Source of the DNA: Scenedesmus sp. PABB004
Taxonomy: Eukaryota
Reading direction: 5' to 3'
NCBI GenBank assembly: GCA_014905635.1
Contig: JABVCE010000018.1
Span: 62,001 to 126,000, forward strand
Length of the DNA stretch: 64,000 bases
Shown: piece after piece, positions 38,832-50,044 of the stretch
Layout: the number at the start of each line of letters is the position of its first letter
How positions within the stretch are numbered: position 1 is the stretch's first letter
Program-made: the position numbers and the translations under genes
The notes under the pieces: generated by a model
The model's database searches: none
Told to the model about the DNA's origin: nothing
Seen by the model: only the letters and a program-made list of their open reading frames with translations

Positions 38832-41800
38832 GAGGGGCCGCTGCCACCGCGCACCTGCAGGCCCTTGGCCAGCAGCGCCTCCGCAGCCTTGGTGCTGCCC
38901 GCGCGCTGCTCGGTGTGGATGGCCGCCAGCCAGAGCTCTGGCGTCTTGGGGTTGCGGTGCCGCGCCTGGCAGCAGCGGGGCGCGGGGCAGTGAGCAGCAG
39001 CGCCGCACGCGCGCGCGCCCGGCCCCGCCGCCGCCGCCGTGCGCGGTTGAGGGGCCGTGCCGCACCTGCTCCAGCAGCGCGCGCGCGCGGCCCACGGCGC
39101 CCTGCGCCTCCTCGAGCGCCGCCGCGCCGCGCCAGAGCGGCACGCAGTCGGCGCAGCGCTTGAGCCCCGCCGCGTACGCCGCGCGCGCGGGCTCGACGCG
39201 GCCCTCGCCCTGCTCCAGCTGCGCGAGCATGAGCCAGAGCTTCCAAAACCCTGGGAAGCGGCGCAGGCCCTCCTCCAGCAGCGCGCGCTGCGCGGCCGCG
39301 TTGCCCGCCTCGCGCTCCACGACCGCACTCTTCATCCACACGCGCGCCGTCGACGCGGTCGGGCTGTCGCGCGCCTGCGCGGTGTGTGTGGGTGTGGGTG
39401 GAGGGGTGTGTGGGGGGGGGGACGCGAGGGCGGCGCCGCGCGGCGGCGGGCGCGAGGCGGCGCAGCGGCGCGCGGCGCGGCGCGGAGCAGCGCGGCGGCG
39501 GCGGCGCGCCTTGGCGAGCAGCGCGCGCGCGCGCTCTGGCTCGTCGTTTTCAAACTCCAGCTTGAACGCGGCCAGCCACACGTCCTCGCTGTCGGGGTTG
39601 GCCGCAAACGCCTCGGCCAGGATCGCGCGTGCGCCGGGCACGTCGCCCGCGAGCCAGCGCTCCTTGGCCGCCATCAGCCACAGCACCTCCGCCTGGCGCG
39701 GCGCGGCGCGGCGCGGCAGCACGGGGCGGCCGTGGGCGCGCGGCCCTGGCCGCCGCGCGGCGCGCCGCGCGGAGGCCGCACAGCCGTGCGCGCCGCGCAC
39801 CTGGGGGCAGTAGCTGACCGCGCGCTTGAGCAGCGCGTCCAGCGCCTCGCGGCTGCCGTGCTGCTTCTCCAGCGCCGCCGCCGCGCGCCACACCGAGGGC
39901 TTGCTCGGGTAGGCTGCGGCGCGGCGTAGCGCGGCGCGGCGTGGCAGGCTCGGCGCGCGCGCGGCGAGGAAACGCGGCGCGGCGCGGCGCGGCGCGGCGG
40001 TGCTCACCTGCGAGCAGCGCGCCGTACACCGAGCGCGCCGTCTCGATGCTGCCGCGACGCGCCGCCTCCTCCGCGTCGCCCATCCACGTGCGCCGCCGGT
40101 CCTCCTCCTCCACGCCGATGCCAACCACCTCCGCCACGATGGCCCTGGCCGGACAGGGGCAGCAGGGGCGGGGCAGGGCATAGGCGTGAGCGAGGCGGGG
40201 GCGGGCCGGGCGGCGCCGCGGGACCCCCCGGCAGCCGCCGGCGTCGGTCGACGCAGGGCGGGGCGCGGCGCGGCGCGGCGCACTTGCAGGTGGCGATGCA
40301 CGCGGGCGTCGCGCGCTCGGCGGCCTCCGCCTCGCGCAGCCAGGCCTCGCGCGAGATGACGACGCCGTGGCCCTGCAGGCTCTTGAGCGCGCGCGCAATG
40401 ATCTTGGGCACCTGCGCGAGGCCGCGGTCATGTCAGGCAGGCGGGGCGTCAGGCGGGGCAGGCGAGGCAGCGGCAGCGGCGGCGGTGACCTGCCGCGCGC
40501 GCGCGAGCCGCGAGCGGCGCCAGCCGCCCAGCCCCCGGCGCTGCGCGCGCCGCGACGCGCACCATGTCCATATTGCCCTGCGCCTCCTCGAGCTTGGCTG
40601 CGGTGATCCAGATGCCTGGCTCCGTCGGCACCGCCTGGCGCGCCTTGTTCAGCACCTGCGGCCGGGCCGGCGGCGGCGGCGGCGCGGGTCGGCGCGCGAG
40701 CGAACGTACACGCACACGCGCAAGCGAGGGCGGGGGCGGGCCCGCAGAGCGCCGGCCCGCGGCCGCGGCCGCCGCCGCGCGGGCCCGCCGCGCCTTCTTG
40801 GCGTTGTCGTACGACTCCAGCTTGGCCAGCGCGAGCCAGAGCTCCACGTGCGTCGGGCAGCACTCGACGGCGCGGCTCAGCAGCACGCGCGCGTCCTCCT
40901 CGGTCGCCAGCTCCACCGCCGCCTTCCACAGCCTGCGCCGCGGCGACGCACATTCGCGCGTGAGGCTCGGCTCGCCCTGCCGGCCGGCCGGCAGACGCGG
41001 CCGGCCGGGCCACGCCCGACGAGCGCGCGCCGCCGCCGCCGCACCTGACCGAGCCGGGGATGCGCTCCAGCGCGCGGCGCAGCACGCGCTGCTTCGCGGC
41101 GTCGTCGGCCTCGAGCCGCGCGGCGGCCATCCAGAGCTTGTAGCTGGTGGGGATGTTGGCCACGCCGCGCGCGAGCACGGCCTTGGCCATGTCGGGCGGC
41201 TGCAGGCGCGCCGCCTCGAGCCACACGTCCTCGCTGCTCGCGCACTTCTCGCAGCCCTCCGCGATGATGCTGCGCGCGACCTGCGACCGCGCGCGGCGCG
41301 GCGCGGCGCGGCGCGGCGCGGCGCGGGGCCGCCGCGTCGCGACGCGCACGCGGGGCGGGCCGGGCTGGGCCGCCGACGCCGGCGCCCGGCGTGCGGCGGC
41401 CGCGGCCGCGGCCCCTGCTGCCCGGCCCGCGCGCGCACCTGCAGCTTGCCGGCCTTCTCCTCAAGGCGCGCGGCCGCGATCCAGCCGGGCCCGTGGTGGG
41501 GGTTGGTGGTGATGACGCTCTTCAGCAGCAGGCGCGCCTGCGGGCGCAGCCGCGGCGGCGCGGGGCGGGGCGCGCTCAGCCGCGTCCGCTGGCGACCCGC
41601 AGCCCAGGCCCGCATCGGGGGCGGAACGAGCGACGCGCGCGCGCCCCGAGCCCGAAGCAGATTTGCCCTGCAAGTCTGCGAATAAAGCAGGGCGTGCCTT
41701 TTTGATGTCGCTGATCTCTGTGCTGCTGTTGATGGCCATGGAGCTCAGGTCTGTGAGGTAGCCCTTGGGGTCGATGACCGTCTGCCCGCTCACGCTGTCG

Positions 41801-43601
41801 GCCATGGAGTCGAGCTTCAGCTTGATCACCGTGCGCTGACCCTCGCCTGCGCGGCGCCGCGGCGGCGGCGGCGGCGGCGCGGGCGGACGCGGGCGTGAGG
41901 CGCGCGGGGAGGGCGCGGCCCGCCGCGCGTGCGGCGTGTGGCGCCGGCGGCGCACGGCGCGCATGCGGCGCGCACCAATCGCGGTGAGGTCTGCGTTGGT
42001 GCTGCCGCCCGCGGGCGTCGCGAGGCCGTCGACGGCGATGCTGTTGTCGACCGCGCTCGCGCTCGCGGCCTTGGACAGCAGGCTGTCGGGCGCGGGCGCA
42101 AACGCGGCAAAGCGCGGCCGCTTCTTGATCGTGCGGTCGCCGACGTCGGGGATGCCCTCCCACTCCTCCGCCGACACCTGGCGCGGCGCGGCGCGGCGCG
42201 GCGCGGCGTCGCACGTGGCGCAGCGCTGCGGGCGGCGCGGGGCTGGCGGCGCCCCGGCGCGGCGTCCGCGCGGCGTCCGCGCGCGCGTCTGCGCACCGCC
42301 GCGAGGCCGCGCTTGAGGTCTGCAAACTGCTCCGTGATCTTTGGGTTGTCGGCCCGCATCTTCTCCAGCTGCTCCTTCATGAGCCGCTCGCGCCGCTCCT
42401 GCGGCGGCGACGAGGAGGCCGGCGGCGCGGCGCGGCGCGGCGGGTGCAGTGGGCGCGCACGCACGCGCGGCGGCGTGGGGAGGGCGCAGACAGACGCGAG
42501 CGCGCAGGGAGGCAGCGACGGCACGCCGAGACGCACGCACACACACCACAGCAGCACGTATGGCCCTCGGACTCGCCTTAAACTTCCGCATGCTGCGTTT
42601 TGCATTCGACCCCAGCGCAGCCTGGGCGCCGGCAGCGCGCTCGCGCGCTGCCGGCGGCCCACCCCTTGCTGGGGCGAGGCGAGGGGCCGGCCCCTGCCGG
42701 GCGCGGCGCGCGCGCGCCCCGCGCGCCCGCGGCCGCCGCGCGGCCGGCGCGCCGCTGCAGCCGTGCCTGGGCGCGGGGCCCGGCTGCGTGCAGCGCGCAC
42801 CGGCCGCGTCGGCCGGCGGCCCGGGCGCGGGGGCGGCGGCGCCGCGCCGCGCCGGCGCGCGGCCCCCTAGGATTACTAGTTCTATCTTCACCGGGCTCTG
42901 TGTGAACGCGCGCACGCGGCGGCGGCGCAGCCGCTGTGCCGCCGGCGGCACTCTCCCACTCAACCACACACGCAACAGCACGCCCCGACCGGAACACGCG
43001 CCACACACAGCTGCCGCTGCCGCTGCGCCTGCGCCTGCCGCTGCGCCTGCGCCTGCCGCCCCCGCTGCTGCTGCCGTCTCCCCCCCCCCCCCTCTGGGCC
43101 CTCACCCGGCGGCGCTCGTCCATGAAGGCGTCCACCTCCTCCCACACGCGGTCGGCCTCGCGGTCCTCCTCGTCGTACTGCCCGCCTGCAAACATGCCCG
43201 CGTCGCTGCCCATGAAGGCGTCAAACTTCACCTCCTCCTCACCGCCGCCCGCGCCGCCGCCCTCCTTGTCCTGCGCGGCGCGGCGCGTGGGCGGCGGCGG
43301 CGCACCGGCGCGTGGGGCGGCGCGGCCCCGCGCGCCCCTGCTGCCGCTGCTGCCGCCTGGCGCCGCTGCTGCCGCTGCTTCCAGCGCCACCGCCAGCGTC
43401 CGCTGCAGCGCCTGCCGCCGCGCTGCCGCCGCGCCGCCGCACCCCTCCGTCCGCGGCGGGCCCCGCGCGCGCGGGGCCGATGTCGGAGCGCGTCGTGAAG
43501 CCCGTGGCGCCGCGCCCCAGGCCGGGAACATAGTTTGCGGGCGCCCGGAGCGAGTTGTAGTCGATCTTGGTCCCCGGCGCGCCGGGCTGTGGGCGCATCA
43601 T
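38177..43601 (-). CDS. PRP6: Pre-mRNA processing factor 6 (PRP6/STA1; U5/tri-snRNP HAT-repeat protein)
   Basis: [74 protein letters not shown] repeats, [16 protein letters not shown]. Confidence 0.96.
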
Positions 43602-43919
43602 GGTGCCGCACCGCCGCGCCGCGACGGCGCGGGGGTGGCCGGCTCAGCGGCAGCGGCGGCAGGAGCAGCAGCAGCAGATGGCCACCGCCTGGCCCGCTCG
43701 CGCGGGGGCGCGCTGCCCTAGTGCCCTTGCGCGACGGGGGAGAGACTGGCCCGCGACCGGGCGGGACCGCCGGAGCCAGCGGCGGCGCGCCGGCGTCGCA
43801 AGGCGTCACTGCGGTCTGGAGAACAGCGCGCGGCCGGCCCCACGCCACCGCGCGCAGGGGGCCCCCGCCCGACCAGAGCCTGCCCCGCCGCCTCCTCCGC
43901 CACACGTAACCTCCGCGCC

Positions 43920-44846
43920 ATGGCCCTGTCCGCTCGCACCGCGCTCCGCCCCGTGTTCTCGCCAGCGCCCGCCCGCGCCGCGCCGCCGCGCCGCGCCGCG
44001 ACCAAGATCATGGCCGCGTCCTTCCACGACTTCAAGGCCAAGGACCTCAGCGGTGCGCGCGGGCGGGCGGCGGCAGCGCCGCGCGGGGCAGCAGCGGCGT
44101 GTGTGGCCAGCGCCGCGGCGCGTGCCTGGTCACCGCCGCTGCAGGCGCCGAGGTCTCGTTTGACCAGTACAAGGGCAAGGTGGTGCTGGTCACCAACGTG
44201 GCGTGCCAGTGCGGGCTGACTTCGAGCAACTACAAGGAGCTGGTCGCGCTGCACCAGCAGTACGCCGACCAGGGTCTCGTCATTCAGGCCTGGCCGTCCA
44301 ACCAGTTCGGTGCGCCGCGCCGGCGGCGGCGGCGCACGCGGCGCACGCTTCCCTCCTGCCCCCGGTGGCGCGGCACGGGGCGCAGCGGCGCCACCCGCGC
44401 GCGCCGCCCGCGCGCCGCGCGGCCCGCAGGCGCGCAGGAGCCGGGGACGCCGGAGGAGATTCGGACCTTTGTGAACACCAAGTTTGGGGGCGACGGCCTC
44501 ACGCTCATGGAGAAGGTCGACGTGAACGGCCCCCGCACGCACCCGGTGTGGCAGTTCCTCAAGGCCGAGGTGGGCGGGTGCTGTGCGAGCAGCGAGCTGC
44601 AGCAGCCGACGCGCAACGGCCTGGTAGGTGCCGCGCGCGCACGCGTGCTGCATGCGACGCCTCGCCCGCCGCCCGCCGCCCGCCGCCGCGCCCGGGCGCC
44701 GCGTCTGCCCGCAGACGGCGCCTGAAGAGGTTCGCTGGAACTTTGGCGCGAAGTTCCTGATCGCCAAGGACGGCACCGTCGTGGAGCGCAACGGCGACAA
44801 CCCGCGTGCGAGCGAGGCCAAGATCAAGGAGCTGCTCGCCGCGTGA
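43920..44846 (+). CDS. GPX: Glutathione peroxidase family protein (Cys-type, organelle transit peptide), 4 exons
   Basis: YKGKVVLVTNVACQCGLT, PSNQFGAQEPG, EKVDVNGPRTHPVWQFLK, RWNFGAKFLIAKDG. Confidence 0.93.
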
Positions 44847-44944
44847 GCAGCAGCAGCGTCCGGTGAGCGGCGAGTTTTTTGTGAGCGGCGTTCGGTGCGG
44901 ATCACACGATTGAAACGGCGTATCGTACGATCGACACGCTCGCA

Positions 44945-47900
44945 TCATGCGCTCCTCGCGCCGCCGCCGCCCGCAGCCGCCGCGCGCAGCGTGGCGAGCG
45001 CGCGCGCCGCCAGCAGCGTGAGCCGCACCGTGCCCGCGCTGCCGTTCGGGTAGGCGGCCGCGCGCTCCGCCGCGGGCAGCAGCTCGCACTCGGCGCCCGC
45101 CAGGTCGCCCGACGCGCCCTGCCAGACGTCAGAGAGGTCCACCTCGGTCGTCGCGACGCACTCGACGGCGCTGAAGTCGGCGACGCGCGGCGCCGCGCTG
45201 CCCGCGAGCAGCACCGGCAGCACCAGCCGCGGCGCGGCGCCCGCGTCGGCGGCCGCGAGGCAGGCGGCGAGCGCGGCGCCCGCGGGCGTCGGGGCGCGCG
45301 TGGTGGGGTCAACCAGCGCGTAGGCCACGGCGTACTCAAACGCCAGCGGCCCGGGCCTGGGGGCGGGTGGTGGCGGCGGCGCAGGGTGGGCGGCAGCGGG
45401 CGGGCAGGCGGCTGGCCGCGCGGCGGCGGCCGCCGCCGCGCACACCGCTTGGGCTGCGCGGGCGTGCACTGCTGCGCCGGGCTGGTGAAGTCTTCGAGGA
45501 CCATGTGCGCCACCAGCACGTGCGCGAGCGCGGGGTCGGCCAGGCCGTCGGCCGACAGCGTCACCCCCTCCACCTGCGCGCGGCGGCGGCGCGTACGCAC
45601 CGCGCCGCGGAGGTGCACACCACCACGCAGGGCGGCGCACACGCGCGCACGCACAGGCGACGCGCGGCGCGGCGCCGGCGCACCTTGAAGATCACGGTGG
45701 TGTCCAGGTCGACGCCGCCCCACGCGGCCGGGCTTGGATCGAGCGCCCGCATCACCGGCGGCGGCGCCGCAGCCACGGCCGGCGGGCCCGGCGCTGCCGC
45801 CTGGGCCGCCTGCACCGCCTGGGCCGCCTGGGCCGCCTGCGCCGCCTGCGCCGCCTGCGCCGCCTGGGCCGCCTTGGCAGCTTCGGCCGCCTGGGCCGCC
45901 TGCTCCGCGCCGCGCTGCACCGCCAGCGCCCTGGCGGCGGCGGCGGCGGCCGCGGCCGACACGCCCACCTCGAGCTGCCACGCGGGCGGCGGCTCGTCCA
46001 GCGGCTGCGCCAGCGGCCCCGCCCCGTAGCGCCGGTTGGCCGCCGCGGCCGGCTGCGGGCTGCGCAGCAGGAGCACGCTGCCGGGCGTCGCGCCGCCGCC
46101 AAACGCGGCCGCAGGGTCGCCGCGCGGCTCGCCGCCGCGCAGCAGCAGCAGCGGCGCCGCCTGCGGCTGCTGCGCCGCCCTGCTCATGGCCGCAGCCACG
46201 GCGGCGGCCGCCGCCGCGCTCGTGCAGGGCGGCGGGTCGGCCGGCGGCTCGAGCAGCGGCGCGCCGAGCAGCAGCGCCGGCTGCTGCTGCTCCCCCGCGG
46301 GCCAGCCGCCCAGCGGCGCCGGCGCGCCCGCCTCGCCCTCCTGCGCGCGCGCCGCGCTGGCGGCGGCCGCCGCGGGGTCCAGCACCGGCACGCGCGGCTT
46401 GATGGCCCTGCCGCCGGCCGCGGCGTCGGCGAGCGGGCTGTGCCAGGCCACGCTCACGCGCACGTGGCCCGCCGGCGCGGCGCTGCCGGGGCGCGCGAGC
46501 TCAAACCAGCCCTCCACGGGCACGCCCTCGGCCAGCGGCGCCAGCGGCACCGCCGCCACGCCCAGGAGCGCGGCGTCGGGGTCGGGCTGCGCGTCGTCAA
46601 ACGCCGCGACCTGCAGCGCGTGACCGCGCAGCGCGCGCTCCAGCGCCGGCCCACGCACGAGCGCCCAGCTCGCGGCGTCCTCAAACGTGGGCGCCGCGCC
46701 CGCGCCCACGCGTGTGTCGTGGCCCGCGCCCCGCCCCGGCGGGCTGTAGTGGAGGTACGGCCGCTGCACGGCGGCTGCCGCGTCGCCGCCGGGGCTGCGC
46801 GGGGCCGCCGCGGTGAGGCCCTCGCAGTCGTGGAGGGTGATCAGCAGGTGGGAGGCCCTGCCCGGCTCCGCATCGGCCTGACGGGGGGGGGGGGGGCAGG
46901 GGGAGGTGGGCCGGCGAGCGCGGGCGGGCGGCAGCCGGGCCGTGCCCGCGCGCGTGCGCGCCGCCGCCGCCAGCTGCCCAAGCGCGCCTGCTCCGCCGCC
47001 TCGCGGAGCGCGCGCGCCGTCGCCTCCTCCGCCGCGTCCACCGCAGCCTGCTCCGACGGCGGCGCCGCGCCCTGCGGCCCCGCCGCCGCCCCCTGCTGCG
47101 CGGCCTGCTGCGCCGGCGCCGCGCCGGCCGCTGCCGCGGCCTCGGCCTCCCTGTGCGCGGCGAGCAGCGCGTCCACAGGCTTGGCCACGCGGAGCCCCAC
47201 GCGCACCCGGCCCAGCGCCTGCCCGCGCGCGCCGACGACGTCGACGTGGTGCCACGCGCGGTTCACACCCAGGGCTGGCGGCGGGCGGCGGCGGCGGGTG
47301 AGCTCGTCGCCACGCGCGCCGGCCGCGGCGGCGGCGGGCGCGCGCCCGCGCGCCCGCTCACCCGCGCCGACCGCCAGGTCGGCGAGCAGCAGCCGCAGCG
47401 GCAGGTGGCCCACGCCCAGCGGCGCCGCGTCGGCGCCGCGCGCCGCGTACAGCTCCAGCGCCAGCGACTGCGCAGGGAGTGAAGGGGGGGGGGGGGAGGC
47501 GCCGCGTCGGCCGTGCACTCGCCCGCGTGCTACGCCGCGCCGCGCGCTGCCGCCGCGCCGCGCCGCGCGCCGCCGCGCCTGCGTGGTGAGATAGTCCAGC
47601 AGGCAGGCGTCCGCCTCGACCACGTACTGCACCGTCGTGTCGTACGCCGGCGCGTCGCCCGGCGCGAGCGGCGTGGCCTGGCTGTCGTGGAGGTAAAAGT
47701 CCCACGCGAAAAAGGTCGGCGCGTCGGGCGGCAGCTCGGACGTCTGCGCACGCGGGCGCGGGTGGGGGGCGGGGTCAGGGCACGGGTCGGCGTGGGCGTG
47801 GGCGCTGCCGCGCAGAGCCCTGCTCCAGCCGCCTCCTGCCGGCCCCTGCACCCGCGCGCCGCTGCCGCCGCCGCCGAGGCTGCGCGCCGCCGCTTCACTC

Positions 47901-49156
47901 ACCACCAGCGTCGCGTCCGCCACCACCAGCTCGATCACGTTCTCATGCGGCCCCAGCGCGCCGAGCAGCTCCTGCAGGCTCGCGCCCACGCCGCCCGCCT
48001 CCGCGCCCGCCAGCCCGAGCCGGCTCACGCGGACGCCGCCGGGCGCGGCGGGCGCGGCGAAACCTGCGCCGCCGCCGCCGCCGCCGCGCGCCGCCACGCG
48101 GGTGAGGCCGCCGTAGGCGCCGCGTAGCTGCGCCTCCAGGCGCCGGATGCGCTCGTCGCGGCCGTCCAGCTCGCGCCGCAGCCGCGCGAGCTGCTGCGCG
48201 GCCTCGGCGCGCGCCGCGGCGGCCGCGGCCTGCGCCTCCTCCAGCGCCGCCTTGGCCTCCAGGCTGATGGCCGCCTCGGTGTCCAGCAGCCGGCGCGCCT
48301 GGGGCGGCGGCGGCGGGCGGCGTGGTGGCACCGCGGTCGGCCGCAGCCGACCGCTGGGCGGCCGCGCGCGCGAGATCCCCTGCGGCCCGGGGCCCCGCGC
48401 CCCGCGCGCCGAGCCCCCCGCGCGCCTTGTCCAGCTCGCCCGCCTCCAGCGCCATCGCCTGCCGCAGCTGCGCCAGCTCCGCGCGCAGCTCGCCCTCGCT
48501 CTTGCCCTCGTCCGGCGCGAGGCTGCGCGCGACCGCGCCGCAGCCGCCGCCGAGCGCCGCGCCGCCGGGCCCGCCGCCCACGCCGCCGGCCGCCGCCGCG
48601 GCTGCATCGGCGCGGCGATACACCTCCAGCTTGTCCAGCGCCGCGCGCAGCTCGAGCTCGCCCGCGACGAGCTTGAGCCGCGCGTCGGCGAGCTCGCGCT
48701 CCAGGCGGCGGTGCTCCTCTGGCGACACGCCCGCGAGCTGCGGCGCGCGGCGCCGGGCTCGGCCCCGCGCAGCCGCGCGCGCCGCGTGCTGGCACTGCTA
48801 GCGGCGGCGCGGCGGCGGTGCGCGGCCGCGCGGCCCGCGCGCCCACCTGGCGCTTTATCGACGCGATCTCGCGCCGCAGCTCCGCCTCGCGCGCCTCGCC
48901 CACCGCGCGCTCGCGCCGCGCCGCCAGCAGCTCCTCGCGCAGCACACGCATCTGGGGCAGCGCGCGGTGCGGCGCGGTGGGCGCCGGGGCCCGCCCGGCC
49001 GGCGCCTGGGGCGCGCGCCGCGCGCCTGCGCCTGCGCCTGCGGCCGCCGCCGATGCTATGCGCACCTCTGCGAGCGCGCCACCCGGCGCGGCAAAGGCCT
49101 TGCCCTGAAGCTCCAGGTAGTCACGCTCAAGCTTCAGGCGCTCAGCGCTGAACGCA

Positions 49157-49193
<37 letters not shown>

Positions 49194-50013
49194 TGGGCAG
49201 AGAGAAGGCGGCCCCGCGCGCGCCGCGCCCTCTCTGCCCGCGCACCGCTCCGCCGCGACCGCCGCGGCGAGCTCCTTGGCGCGCCCCGCCTCCAGCGCCG
49301 CCGCCGCGGCGCCCTGCTCAAGCGCCATGCGGCGCGCCGCCTCGGCGTGCAGCGCGCGGTGCGTGTCGTCGAGCGCGGCCTGCATCTTGTCCGCGGTGGC
49401 CTTGATCGCGTCCAGCTCGAGCTTGTGCTCCACGTACCTGCGAGCAGCAGCACATGCGCGTGAGCGCGTGGTTGAGCCAAGGCCGCCCTCCCGAGCCCGG
49501 CAGGGCGAGCGGGCGGGCACGGCGCGCACGCGCGCGCGGCCCGAGCGCCGCCGCCCGCACCGCTTCTTGAACGCGGCGGCCGTGAACCAGGCCTTGCGCA
49601 TCTCGGCGTCATAGTCGCCCGCCTGCGGGCCGGCGGGGCCCGCAGCGCGGCGCGGCGCGTCTAGGCCGTGCTGCAGCCGCACCGCGCCGCTCGCTCGTCC
49701 TGCCCTGCCCCACACCTCGGTGTGCGCGACGACGTCGAGTGAGAGGAAGTCACTCTCCAGCTCCGCCAGGCGCGCCTGGTAGCGCGCGACCTCGCCGCGC
49801 AGCGCCTCCGCCTGCGCCAACACGGGCGGCCGAGCAGCTCAGCACAGCGCGCGCGCGCACCAATGAGCGCGGCGCGGGGCCGGCCGCGGGCACCAGCCCC
49901 CGGCCGCCGCACCTGCTGGCTGCTCGCGGCGCCGTGCCCGCCGCGCGCGGCCGCGAGCTCCGCCTCCAGCGCCGCCACGCGCTCACGCAGGAAGGCCTCC
50001 CTGAGGCTGCCGC

Positions 50014-50044
<31 letters not shown>

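Noticed and set aside
44204..44212. Possible selenoprotein GPX
   Set aside because: The active-site codon is TGC, there is no in-frame TGA, and no SECIS is evident.
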